The position numbers and the translations under genes were made by a program. From NCBI GenBank assembly GCA_002633005.1, contig NMRA01000152.1:360594-424593 (forward strand): 64,000 nucleotides of DNA, read 5' to 3'. This stretch comes from Phoronis australis (lineage: Eukaryota > Animalia > Phoronida). Shown here piece after piece: positions 14,201-28,255 of this stretch (within the stretch, counting starts at the first letter, position 1; every line of letters begins with the position of its first letter). Under the pieces are notes generated by a model, which saw nothing but the letters and a program-made list of their open reading frames with translations, was not told the DNA's origin and did not search any database.

Positions 14201-17200
14201 GGCATGTTATATCCAGTTATTGCGGTTAAATCAAACTTATTTGTTTTTGAACAGACTGTGTGCTTCGCATTAAATTTCATACAATAACGGCTATTTTTAC
14301 AAAATCACACACCTTTTCACGACAGATTTACCAACAAACTAGTAGTTGCGTAGCATAAATGAGGATAAAAAATGTTGGTTTTCTTTAAATCTGAAATAAC
14401 CATGCATTATTTTACAAAAACTTTTTGACGGAACGAAAGTTTTTCGCATTTAACTGCATGCGCCTTTATTTCCCCTATAGGAGCAGACGGCTATTCCTTG
14501 CGTATTGCGCCATTGTAACCGTTTTAAACTGAGTATTATTCACGCAATTTTGTCTATTCTTAATATTTTCCATTTAATAACTCATTGATCAAAAATGAAA
14601 TTATTGGCGTAACGTCTCGTCGCATTGGTTATGTAGGCGCAGTTTTTTATATGCGCATTGGCCTCAATACACGCATATACGGTAACTTACTTTGCTTCTT
14701 GGAATTGGGTTTTTCGTGGAAAATATAGAAAGACATCAACTGTGGCGTAAGACTTGGTCAATTACCTCAAAGATCTGGCAGTGATGACACATTGTCTGTA
14801 CACGGGTAACTGCAAAGGTTTGTTCACCCTCTAGCGTTAGCAAGGAGCGCGTGATTCGCCCTCTCTGCGCTTTAAGCGAGAATCGTATGATCACGACTTT
14901 ACGTACATCTACGTGTGTTTAACGCCCCCACTGTGTTGTTGGCGCGTTTTCTCAAGACGTTGGGTTTTAGATTTTGTTCATGTTTTGTAGAAGTCCATTT
15001 TAGTGACGAAGAATGATTGAATTTATCGGGCTATACACGCAATACATATTTATAATGAAAGACAGTAAAGATGTAACATGATAAATAAATAAGACAGATA
15101 AATTAGTCATACGTGTACATGAGAAAAATAACATGTGTAGAAACAGGATAACACCAGAAAGTAACACCGCGGTATTCTCTTGCATCACTGGCGTCATTGA
15201 GAGGTCACAGTAATAAAACCAAGTTTTTACTGAGAAAAGATTTTTGGCGTTATATCTCAACAAGGAAGCTTTGTGTTTGCTAATGTTGTGCACCAAAAGT
15301 GAATGCAGATGGGTAAACTCTAGGCGCTACTCGATTTTTGTGACCTTAGACTCATTTTCAACCTTACAGCGAAAAAGTCAAATTTTAATTTAGAGTTCGT
15401 TGTTCGTGAGATGTCTCAAAAAGGAAGATTTAGACTTTTCTTCATATTTTGTACCAAAGTATAACTAGGGCATCTACAGGCACTATTCGACTTTGCTCTC
15501 TACCAAAATTCATGTTTGGGCTTAGAAAATGTTATCAGAGCAATATTTCAATAAAAAAATAGATTTCTTCGCAGCTAAGCGTAGGTGGTGCGTTCTCAGG
15601 TGTCACCCGATTTTGGTGACTGTGACCTTGGTCACCGCATGAAAATAAAATTTTGATCTAAATCTTTGTGGATCCCGAGGGAGCGGAGACAATTTAGTCA
15701 CTCGGTGACAAATGCTTGCTTCACTGATTGGAGTTTGTACTTGTTGCATAACACATGGGTGGCGCACCAGAGGGGGCTGTTTTTTCAATGTTGCGAAACA
15801 TACTGTTTTACAGCTATTCGTGGTCGATCAGTATGAGCAAAGCAACTGGTTGAATAATCAGATGATCTTTTGCCGAGATTTTCGCATTTTTTACCTTGCA
15901 GTCAATTTTTTTTCTCATCTGTACACGTATACATGCTTCCGTCTGTGCCGCAAGCATATACTCATTTTTGCGAAACCATGATTCATTGGCTTACGCTCTA
16001 GTCAATGTATTAGCGGACCTTCCATTGAATCACAGAGTTGAATCGATCAGAATGCACCAAGGTGTGTCATATAGGAACTTCCATCGAACGACACTCATTT
16101 AGTTGGACACAAATGATTATTGGGTTGGATTTCAACGGCGTGAATCACTGAAAATGAAACGGAAGCGTGTGCTCGTTTCATACAACGTTGGCACTGGTTC
16201 GTCCTTCGGTCACTCGATGCTATTTAGTGTCGTTTATTTACTTTCAAACTGTAAACACTGCTTAGGCAAGTGGCATTGGGACATTGTTTATTTGGTTGAA
16301 ATATTTACGTTGGGATTTGCCTAATTTTCGTTTATGGACTAATTTGCTTGCTTACGGTCGAATTACTTTGCACAGTTTAAATTTTGTTGCCAAAAATTAT
16401 ATTTATTTTACACTAAAAGTCTTTTGAAAGACTGCTGTCTGCGTGTACGATGTTGTAGAGTACTGCGCATGTGGGCCCCTACAAGTGTATAATAGCTTTT
16501 ATATTTTAAGTATTTTATGTACTTTCTGTTTATGGATCACCATGTGCGCATTTTTCAGTCTGGATGAGGAAATAGTAGATAAAATCGTAAGCTAGATAAC
16601 CTAGATTAGTTTTACGGTAATGGAAATCAAACCCTCGACAGACGTTGAGTGTTAGCGTAGAAAAACGCTTTAAGATATAAACATCTAAGTGGTGTTATGA
16701 AATCAAACATTGACCACAAGTTTATTTGTAATCAATATCAGTTGTTTTGACAAATTAGTTTGTATGTTATTGATATTGCAACTCCACCCTCATGAACCGT
16801 CTCCGTGTCAGTCTTTGAGTTTCATCTCACAATGCAGTCTATCCACATCATACAGTACAAACAAGTGTAGTTATGTTTTAGAAGGTCTGCATGTACTTCA
16901 CGTTTGTCACTGAACATTATTTTGGCAACAAGATAGTGGTGTAATGAAGGAGATACCGTCTCAACATTCAACAACGTTCACATGTAGTCCGGTCAGATGC
17001 CAGCTTTGACTCTGATCAGTCCGAACCGGAAGAAAGTCACGTGCGAATGTGGCTTTAAAATATCCACATCTAAACGCGGTACAAATGAGTACATTTTTGT
17101 TTCTCAATCTCCATTTCAGACTCATTTCAAAGAAAGCTTATGACGTGAGCGCTTCCGTCATTTCAATTTGGCCACAATCTTTTGATCAAAATTATTAAAT

Positions 17201-19038
17201 CCAGACCGCTATACTTGTACCATTTTCTTGCTGTCGCCTGCCATAACATTGTTTAAGTGCAAAATCAATTAGCCATCTACTGGAGCGGTAAATCCTATCG
17301 TTAGCAAAAGCCAAGTTCACGTGTTGAAGTCCCACGCTATGCAATCAGCTTTTGTTGTCGTTTTACTCTTGATTCTCAATGTCTGAGCTGAAAAACCAGT
17401 CATTGGTTGGTATCAAACTCCCGCGTTAATGCCATTGTTGAGAGATGACGTCATCACCTGCAAAGAGGTTCGAACAAATAGCTTGGCTTTCCTTGTTTAT
17501 TTACTTACTTGATAGATTTTCATGTTATGAGCTAAGGTGAAATTAAGCGTGTGCGCGGGAATTCAATGATTATTGGGTTGACAAAAATACGTCATGCTTT
17601 GTTATCAACTATCGGACCAATTTGTTGATTTGCAGGTGGGTTTATGTGTACTTCATACGCTGGAGCACTGGAGTTTGCATGCATAGACAGAGGAATGAAG
17701 TCTGCGCAGTGAAATTATACAGTGCAAACATTATTATCATCCAATTTCATCTTAATCGAAAACATGTTTCTCCGAAACTGTAACACATGCGCACGTTAGT
17801 GCATGCAATCAAATTGGCTATTAATGTGATACTCTTTGATGATACACTAAGCCGAATATAAATAAGAGAAATGTCAAAATCTCTGTTTTCATTATGGAGT
17901 GATTTAATCATTGATAAAGATTTTGTATCAATGACAACAAAGTTCATGTCAAAACCAGATTTATGTCAGATGAAAACGTACGTTTAGACAATCAAAGAAA
18001 TACAGGGCAGGAGGGCACAGGTGGGCACAAACAAAGGGATCGATAAAAAGGACTTGATAATGATAAATGAAATTATATTCAATGCATGAAATACAACTGA
18101 GGCCTGTGTCTTCATGTTCAATGAAATTAAAAATTGTTAGTTCACACGGTTATTCACTCCTGAAGTGCGTAGGTGCTACGCGTGTGATGTTATCGTTTCA
18201 GTTTTATCCATCACATGAACAGTGGTCGGGATTACCCTCTGAAACAGCGCCACCTACACTGAAAAGTGGCCGCCCTGTGGAACATGATGAACGACACACG
18301 GAATTCCGTGTCTAGGCATCAATGCGCATGCTTGGTCGGAAGTTTATCGATCACATCGCCACCACTTGCTCTCATGTTTATGTACTGTACTTGTTTGGGC
18401 TTAAGCCACTGGATCGGGGTTCGCCTAATTTGTATACTTCAATCACTGCACGTTTTAATAATTCCAACTATTCAAGCCAAAGGTGGTCGCCACACTACGT
18501 AACAGTATACCAGTGGGAATGACGGAATGTTATGACGTTGGTTTCATTACTTTAACCAATGAGAAGCCATGTTGAACAACATCCGGCTGTGCTACTTTTC
18601 TTAGCACTGTGACAGAGTGCAGGGCCGGGATGTAATACTCGAACTCGATCTCGAAATTTCTTTTGGCATTGTCCGTTCTACTTTTGTGTGAACCCAAGAC
18701 TATTAGTCTGTACTCGATTACGTTATGACATAGAACTTTTCCCCTGGAATGCCAACTCCCACACGTGACCAATGTATTATTCTATGATTGGAGCTTGCGA
18801 CCCCGAGACTAGCTGCGAGAGTTTGTACTGTGTATTTCCGGCTGTCGCTGTCTTCTCGAATGAGTTTTGATCGAGTGTTGTAGTTATCAAATCAAGCCTA
18901 ATTTCATTGGTTTATTTTAATTTTGACATTTTTGCTCACCAAGCTAGATTCTTGAGCTGCGGTTTTAGACAATCAGCCATTTTCCGGCAAAATTAGTCAA
19001 CAAACTCGACAATTACATTGGTCATTCTTTATACTCAC

Positions 19039-19094
19039 CGACCCGTGGCACTGGTCGGATACTGAAAACAGTCTGGTCTCTGATATCTTTCCAT
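19039..19094 (-). CDS. Candidate upstream coding exon of the RGK gene (MERYQRPDCFQYPTSATG)
   Basis: ATG at 19094, open to a phase-2 donor CG|GTGAGT (ACTCAC 19033-19038). Splicing to the exon start at 8506 gives CGA CAT TTA ACC ACG GCT GAA GTT ATG, in frame with the RGK ORF. Inference only, with no homology support. Confidence 0.3.
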
Positions 19095-20751
19095 CTCCAG
19101 TCTTAGAACCACGTTCGTAAACTAGTTCCAATCAAAAAGACGCTTGGAGTTTTTCAATAGATGTTCTGAAAACCATGTTACTGTTTTTTACGGAACGAAA
19201 TGTCACTTGGTTTCTGAGTGTTTTTTCTGCAATTATAAATGAAAGTTTAGCACCTACTAGCAGGTGTGATGACGTAACTTTCGAAAAACTACATGTATTT
19301 GCTTAGCAAAGTGCGTGTCTCTTTGCTCGAATTCTGAGCAGTGAATGTTATCTCTAGTATTTGCCTAAACCTGTGAAATAAAATTAAAAATGAGAAGTTT
19401 ACCGTGTAAAAAGTAATCCATACTCTATGTTGCTGACAGCGTACTGTACGTGATAATTGTCCCAGGCCTCGACGTATGTCCAAGGATACAGAATAAATAT
19501 ACATGAATGATGACTACATATGTACATGTTTCACAGTTGCTCAGTGGTTGAACAACGGCAAGGCTCCAAGTAATTCGGTCTGATAACTAGGGGCGCATTA
19601 ATCTAATTGAACATAGTACACCTTGTTGGATTTTTGGAACGAAACTGTGACAAATAGAACTAAACAAATTTGCATGGCAAAAGTGAAAAACTACACTTTA
19701 TCGCGAAGGGGTAGCTAGTCACGGAACCGTTGAGGTCTTGTGTATACGCTTGTGTTGAACTGAGTAGACGACTGGAACAAAGTTTCATTCTTCTAACAGG
19801 TTATAGCAGAGCAACTGGTCAACCGTACGTCAGGCGACGAAACTCGCAAAAAACAAGATGACCCAAAATATCACGCAAAATCCCGCAAGTGAAAGTCGAG
19901 CGTTTCGCGAGTATGTTCAAGACTTTACTGGCGTATCCATCATACTAGCAGAATGGTGTTCACTGAAATGATTGGTTGGTGAGGTTGCATGTCGAACTAC
20001 GTCATAGAATTCACTGTTTCTATTCCTTCATTATATGAAGATTTCTCGCCGCAATTGTGTCTATGAAACGTAATCCTGGCTTCAGTTTCCATCATACCTC
20101 ACCTTGTGTTGACTTGTGTGAATCAGTTGCGTGGCATGCCTTCTGCATGTCGACTATTCAGAGTTCATGTTAAGCTGATGCCTGCGGCCATCGATTGTGG
20201 ACCAGGTTGACAACTCACGCGCAAATGAGTGACTAGTGGTTGAACACAACATAGATTTAAGTGTTCGTTTGCAAACGAGGATAACTTGGAAATGGGGATG
20301 TTTTACAGAACCCTTGGCAATGCAAAACAGTGCATATTTTAATACATCTTCCGGTGATCTTTTGTCTGCAAAGAAGACGATTATTTGATGTGATGAGCAC
20401 TTTACGTCAATTTATGCGAAGCGTATTGTGTTTTGAAGAAATTTTATCTTTTTGGACAAGGGCATTGGTGAAGGGACGGTGGTGTAGAGAAAATTATTTA
20501 TTGAAACAAGTCTTAGTGTGGAGTAATCCTTGGAACCCCCGCGGAGGTTGCAGTCAAACGTCAAGGTGACCCCACTTGATAAATGCCAAAGTATTTTAAG
20601 CGTATTTTAAAGTCATTAAGTCACCTGCTTTGATTTCAGCAAATGTATGGCAGACAATGGCGAGAATTGTCCATTTGTAACAAAATCGCAAAAAGCAACA
20701 GATTTTGTTGTTTTAGAACTCAAAGAAACGATCCATCTAACAATAATACCA

Positions 20752-20821
20752 AAAAATGCGTTTTTTGACTTCAAACATTGAAAATCAAAAATGCGTTTTT
20801 TGACTTCAAACATTGAAAATC
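20752..20821. repeat. Perfect 35-bp tandem duplication
   Basis: AAAAATGCGTTTTTTGACTTCAAACATTGAAAATC x2. Confidence 0.92.
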
Positions 20822-23815
20822 AAGTAGAGTTGACTTAAACCTCTAATTAGGAATCAATTCCTAGTAAAGAAATGAGCAGCTGGCTTCATGCGCCATCTGC
20901 ATGAATGTCAACACGAAACGATGCTGCGCGTACAATCAGACACAAAAGGTCTGTCTAAATTCACCAACCAACGAGTGAACAGCTGTTTATAAACAAATCT
21001 TATAGACTGTTCCCACTGGGGGTGGGGAGAACAAATATGAATTTAGTGGTCATTCCATATATCCGGCAATGCCCACAATTCACGACTGAACAGAACGTGG
21101 TTTGAGGTAGGCCTGTTTTGTTAAAACCAGTATTCTGCAACGAGACAAGGTTTCACGGAATCATTTTGTGTTTACTACATCCCGGCGTAATAACTGCGTT
21201 CGTTTACTATTTCCTCGAAAAACAAGTTCACCGCACTACGAAAAGAACGCTATGTATACACGACTATAAATTACGCACCTACTACGTTGCACGCCCCTCG
21301 TTCAAAGTCATCAGCTGTTTTGTTTGTACTCGTAGTGCATACGATGAAGCCAACCATGTAACAATACGAGATTGTGATTACAGCACCTGCCTATTAATAG
21401 AATTCCGTTCTATTTTAACTCAGCTCCATGATGTATCATCCATTTTTAATAATCACAAAGTTGCGCTATTTTTGTTCTGCGGTTATTGTCAGTTGTGAAG
21501 TCAACTTGCACCGATTCCTCAAAATCAAATTATCACGTCTCTTCTCAGTGGCCCACAAAAACAGCACTAGTGAATTTTTAATTAGAGGTTGGATCATGTG
21601 ATGTGACGATGATGGCATCAATTGTGGCTAATTATTTTACTTCGCCCATAAACTGAATTTCTACATATAGTAAATACATTAGACGCCAGTAGTGAAACGT
21701 ACACTGAATTTCTACATTATGACGGTATGGGTGCACACAATTTACGAATGCGCTACATAAAAAAATGGTGACGGTGAATCAGAGCAAATATGATTTGCGT
21801 ACCACGGGGCCGTGGACTCAATTCGCCAACTTTACAACATAGTTTCCCCTATAAGTGCAGCCCACGGGCCTGATAGACTCATTTCGACGACTCACAAAGG
21901 CGCCCAACCTACCATATAGATATGCCCTTATTTATCCTTCGCACATACGAGAACGTCTACAACGAACAAATAATACATAGCCATAGGAAAATACGACAAA
22001 TTTCTCCTCGTCGAACCAATAGATACGTTTTGCAATGGACTTGCACTCGTTTGTCCCAGTGCTTTGGTAAACTTTGCTATTCCAAATAGTCACACAAACT
22101 ATTTTGTATGAGAAATTTACTGCCAGACGTCCGGTTATCGAAGCGATGCACCCCATGATTAAGGATTGACTTACCTGGAATCACACAACTCAGTTCTGCG
22201 CAAGTCCACGAAGACTTATAGTGCAAGAACTTTTAGCCAAATCCGCATTTGAGGTGGAAAGAAAAATGTAGACAGCTGAATTTCTCTGAAAGCCTCTGTT
22301 GGACCTTTTTGTTTACAGACCTAAAAATTCACCAAATTTCTGCCCTGGAATTTTGGGGTATAATGTGCCAGTGTGCTCCAAATTGTGCTTTTTGAGGCTG
22401 ATGACCATATTTGGCATACTGCAGTGAGTTCGTTTGCTTTTTAATATACAATGAATCTAATAATAACGCTGTTACTTGAAGTAACTCTAACAAACTGCAT
22501 GGTGTTTCTTTCATTGGTTCGTTTGTAAACAAAACTTTAACGGTAAGAGTATGCTGATATCTTTTGAACTTAAAGATAAGTTTTTCTGCTAATATCTCAA
22601 ATACTGTTAATTTCATCAGTCATCTGATACCATGAATTGTGGTTACGTAGGAAGGTGATGACAATTAATCAAAGATATGTCAGTTCCAGCATTTGATGGT
22701 AAATACATATTTGACCTACTTGCTCACCCAGTTATAGTTTGTAATACTCATTATGAACATTCAGCCCTAACATTTTCGGTGATGTAGGTCTCCTCCAGGG
22801 GACAGTTTTTCTGATAAAATTATTTCAATGTTTTCTGCACTTAGAAGGGAGTCATATACATATGTGTAACGCAGATTCGGAAGAGATAATAGAATACAGA
22901 TAAAGCTGTATTTCCCCTACGTTTAGCTGTCAATGTTGAATTCTTAACTAAGCGCTTACCACGCTCACCAGATCTTGAATTATTGCCGAATGAGGTGGCA
23001 GTTCAACTCACAGGCAATGCGTACATGTGCCATAGTGAGGCAGACACAATAAACTCTATAGCGAATTCTAGAGTTGACGAAGGTTTCGATGATCTTGTTG
23101 GTAACAGAAATAGAATCCTATAACAGTAAGGAATGTTATGAGACAGAGTAATATGCATAATTCGATTTTCGTTTTTTATCAGCTAAGCAGGGCAAAATGC
23201 AACTATAATTAATGATATACGTTTTTTATTTTTCCAATTATAGCTCTTTTGTATAGGATTTAGTTGTTTGTTACGCTACAGCAGACAAATGATAATCCTA
23301 TTCAATAGCGATATAAACATGCCAGATAACTCTCATGAGATACATAATTTACCAGCACGGATTCACGTTCAATCAAGAACTACAATGTGGCATATGGTCG
23401 CACTCGGCCCTCTCGTTAAAGGCAAAGGCAACCTTTTTCATGTCATTTTTAGAAAAAAGTAAGGTTCGTTGGTTATCCCAAAAAAAACCACTTCATTACA
23501 GCTTTTCGTAATTTAATCTCGGTACGCAGCAACAGTGTGACATGTTGACTGACTGGTAAACAAAAGCAAACGACGACCGAAATTATCACAACCAAGATAG
23601 AACAATGACTGACTCGGCAGCTCTCACAGTCAGACTATATGAAAAGAAATTGGCGCGAAATTCTTGCCTCCCAAAACGTCACTTCCGGAGTAGAGAACGA
23701 ATAATTAATTAAATTACGAAAAGCTGTAGTTAAGTGAAAAATATGTCTGGTATATCCAACGAATCTTATTTTTGCTAAAACTAATAAGACATGAAGAAAG
23801 GTTGTCTTCGCCTTT

Positions 23816-23910
23816 AAGCACTCGGCACCTATCGTTATGTACTCAGCACATATCGATAAGTACTCGGCACATATCGTTAAGTACTCGGCACATATCGATA
23901 AGTACTCGGC
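23816..23910. repeat. 21-bp minisatellite (AAGTACTCGGCACATATCG(A/T)T), about 4.5 copies
   Basis: Direct reading. Confidence 0.9.
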
Positions 23911-26587
23911 TCATCCTTTTTTAAAGTCGGTGTCCCGAGAAAAAATCCGAGATTGTAGATAGAGAATGGGTAGCTTCGTGATGATTTGTATCCGGATCAA
24001 AACCTGATCCATTTCGATGTATCACATACAAAAGACTTGATTTAAGAAAAATCCGAGGTTATGCAGGACTCAATAGACAAGTCTGTGTGTCTAGTCAAAT
24101 ACCAAAATGATGGATGTTAACGCAGTAAGGTACATATTTTTTCAAAGTAGAAAGTCCGGGTCCCTATAATTCCCCCTCCCTTGCTATGTCCCCTCAAAGC
24201 AATAATCCCTTCCCTATGTTCTGTCGCTCTAGTGTTCTCCGGCCCCATGTTTTGCCGTCCCGATGTTCGCACGACATTATGTCCCCCCTCCCCACCAGGT
24301 ATTAATTTAATTTCCGTTGTGATACATGAGCCTAGACGTGTGCGCCTAAATAGTAACGATAAAACACTTAACTTCCATAGAAAAAACGGATTATGTAGTG
24401 GACCTTAGCATGTATGTGTACACTCAGCTCTTGATTGAGCTATGAATCTCTTTGATTTATTTCGTGACGGCGTCCAGGACATTGATGTCTTTTTTCTGTT
24501 GCTTTGTGGAAAGGTCACGCACATGAACATTACATCAAAAATATAATCGAATATCAATGCCTTGTTTGTTAACAAAGATGCTCTCGCAAGCGTCGTGCCA
24601 TGTTTGTACGTATTGGCAGCGACATTACCCCTTTAATGAAATTAATTGAACTTTCCCAAAACGGATTAATCTAGTTCTTTATTGATATCTAGCGTATTGC
24701 TTGTTCTTAAAACTATATTGCCCCCACGTCAATCCTGTTTCGTGAACATCAAGTACGAGAACAGCAAAAGGCTCTCGCGAGAATACGTCATTGGCTTTGG
24801 ATGGTATCACCAACGGTTCTGTTATGTAGCAATACTGTCTGTGGTAGACAATGGGCAAGTTATCTCCCCTGTGGTATTCACCTTCAGCGTCTCGAGTTCT
24901 GTTCTTGTTTATTTGCTATCTACGTTGCTGACCGACAAGCATAAGATTGCCGATTCATTCACCACTAACCAACAGACGGGTTTTCCTAAGGATTCCCTGT
25001 CAAGGTCCGTGTATTCATGGGGAGAGCGATTGAAGCAAAATATTATGTTGCTTGGCGAACAAAGAGATGTTTTAAAATCACGAAATTTAAGCAAAAATAT
25101 GATATCATTCAAAAAGTATTAACTATTTTCACATTTTATCAATGGACTCATTTATTGGCTTGAAATAATATTTAGAATGGGATTTCGTCGAAATCCTTTG
25201 TCTCCGGAAAATACAACTGAATCGAATAGTGTCGCAGGCTATGAAATTTTGAATAAAAAACATTTCCTGTTTATTGACTTCATGCAGCAACTCAAGCTTA
25301 TACCAGATTGTACAATTTTATGGATTTAGGTTGAAATTTGAGTATCCACACCACGTGGTGATCTGCTTCATATTTTAAGCGAACTCACGAAATGTCGCAT
25401 ATTTGACGATGCCAGTTGTTTGGGTCATTTCTCAGGTGAAGGCCGCAGGCAATTTGCACTCCCTATAAAATAATTTTTGAAAAGGTCAGTTTTGGCGACA
25501 ATTTTGAGGTTTGCATTGCAAGTAGGTTCAATGAATGCGGTTCTAGTTTCTTGTGTTGGTGAACATGTTGTGAACCAGAAAAGTCCACGAGTTCGGTTTT
25601 GGATTATCGGTTCCCTTCTAAATGCCCCCCACCCGTAGGTGTGTTATATTGTACTGCAGTGACTGGGGAGTCTAATGTAATCTCAGGTACCCCTCATCAT
25701 CCCAAAATTGCAAAATAATTGATTGGACAGATGGCAGCACTTTTGAATCGCATTTTTGCAATCTGTACTACGAAGCTAGTGTGCTATCAAAACCTAGTGT
25801 TGGCACGTGTCGAGCATTGATAGGGAAGTGGTGATTTGCGGATGAAACGTGTCATGTCTTTATTTTGCCCCTTTTCTCTGAGCGGAAGCAAATGGGTCAA
25901 AAACATGAAAGTTTTGTGGACATTTGCAGAGCTTTTGAGGTGAAATGACTAACAACTTCTCATTTTGCTTGGACTGCTCTCACGGCACCCCTGGCAAATG
26001 TCGAACTCCCGGGATGTCAAGGTAACATAATTGAAATGATTATCGGCGCTCACACAGCATGGAGTGGAAAATAGACAGTTTGCTGATATGTGCACTGCCA
26101 GGCAAAAGAGAACCGATCTATTCAGTGAATTCTTAACGGATTCACGCGTCAAGCGGACATAAGCTGGAGCTCCACCTCGTGGTTATTGGCACCTATCTTA
26201 TTTCTCACGGACCTGCTGTACGTGAACTTGGAATATCGGTTAATCACAAGAACGCCCTTTATGTTCAGATTATGTGTCCACAGAGTAGTCCTCACTTGCC
26301 GACAGTCTTTTATCAGCATGATTTGTGTAAAATGATTTACACACGTACATTTTATTCGTTCTGTGTTGTTAGCTACTAACTCAGGTGAAGACATGTGAAA
26401 ATCATTGTTACTTGTTTTTATTTCAAAGGAACTTCACCCGCCTGTTTAAGACTTGTCTCTCGGCTACCGGCCGGGTTCATGTGCCTTGACTGCTAACCTG
26501 CGATAATTTGATTGTGTGTTTTTAAACTGCGTAGGGCGATATTGCACATCAAAAATCACCACCCTTTGTTTTAAACCTGTATTAAGC

Positions 26588-28255
26588 TATGGCGTGTTTA
26601 TGGCGTGTTATGTGTTGCAAAATTCAATGTTCAAAAAAATTAGGTTTGATGTAATTATATGTATTCGATATCTTATATTTATATTTGATCTTCTTATATT
26701 TATATTTGATCTTATATTCAATGTTATCTACATTTATGTTTCATAACATTATATGTATTCAATGTTCATTACTATTGTATTCAATGTTTTGAAAATTTCT
26801 GTTCGATGTTCATATATGTATTCGATAATGTCACGTTTTCGTTCGATGTCTTCCGGTTATATTCGATAATGGAACTCTGGGTACATTGAAACGACGGCCG
26901 TGATTGGTCAGCTGTGTTGAGACGTTATTTACCCGTGTTCACAAATATCGATGAAATGGGCTAAGGAGGCACAGAACAGTTCNCGTTATTGAACATATCA
27001 AAAGAAACATCGAACACATATAACGAAACATCGAACATATATACTAAGTTATCGCACATAAGTATTTTCATTATGGAATACAAATATTTTGACATCAAAT
27101 GTACAAACTATAAGATCAAATATAAATATAAGGTTTCGAATACACATAATTACATCTTTGAACATTGAATTTTGCAACACATAACACGCCATACGTGTTA
27201 TGCGTTGCAAAATTCAATGTTCAAAAAATTAGGTTTGATGTAATTATATGTATTCCATATCTTATAATTATATTTGATCTTCTTATATTTATATTTGATC
27301 TTATATTCAGTGTTATCTACATTTATGTTTCATAAAATTATATGTATTCAATGTTAATTACAATTGTATTCCATGTTTTGAAAATTTCTGTTCGATGTTC
27401 ATATATGTATTCGATAATGTCAAGTTTTCTTTCGATGTCTTCCGGTTATATTCGATAATGGAACTCTGGGTAAATTGAAACGACGGCCGTGATTGGTCAG
27501 CTGTGTTGAGACGTTATTTACCCGTGTTCACAAATATCGATGAAATGGGCTAAACTTGTCGAAAAAATGAGGAAGCAACTCGAGAGTAGAGTAGATGAGG
27601 GCGAAGCCTTCAGACAGCTTCGCGAGATCGCAGGATCTCGCCTTCTGTCCTTGCTGTGGTTGGTGTGGACGTGGATCGAGGGCAGGACCTGGTACGCCGG
27701 TGGTGGTAGAGGTGGTGTGCTTGATCTTCTTCTGGAGACGAGACGCTGGCTGGATGACAACAGCGTTATTGACATCGTAGAGGTGAAGCTGGCTTGATGG
27801 CAACAGCTGTCATGCTACTGATTGCTTGTCTTTATACTGCCCCGTCGGGACAGTTTTTTTTTCCGTTGTCTTTATACTGCCCCGACGCCCCTTCGGAACA
27901 GTTACCTGTGGCACAGGGCCCGAACCTTTAGTGCTCGGGTACATGGTTGTCACGACAGGAAGCAACTCTTCTTCGGTAGCCGCCATTTATTTAATTCCAG
28001 GAAGCAGTCAGGGACGTCGTTTCATAATACCCATAATTCCGTTATTGAACATATCAAAAGAAACATCGAACACATATAACGAAACATCGAACATATATAT
28101 TAAGTTATCGCACATAAGTATTTTCATTATGGAATACAAATATTTTGACATCAAACTATAAGATCAAATATAAATATAAGCACGTATCGAATACACATAA
28201 TTACATCAAACCTAATTTTTTGAACATTGAATTTTGCAACACATAACACGCCATA
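26588..28255. mobile_element. Non-autonomous IS3EU-like DNA transposon (outer copy)
   Basis: Termini TATGGCGTGTTA...TAACACGCCATA with long AT-rich TIRs (about the first 70 bp near-perfect). Perfect 6-bp TSD TTAAGC at 26582-26587 and 28256-28261. TAY..RTA ends with a 6-bp TSD are the described IS3EU signature. Confidence 0.8.
26599..27193. mobile_element. Second copy of the same IS3EU-like family, nested in the left TIR of the outer copy
   Basis: Has its own TATGG...CCATA termini and a 6-bp TSD CGTGTT at 26593-26598 and 27194-27199. An N at 26983 makes the true internal length unknown. Confidence 0.78.

Noticed and set aside
22770-22802. Possible minimal hammerhead ribozyme on the minus strand (CTGGAGGA...CCGAAA)
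   Set aside because: The core deviates from CTGANGA and the stems do not form convincingly. Other CTGATGA sites (e.g. 11444, 32962) lack a paired stem II plus GAAA.
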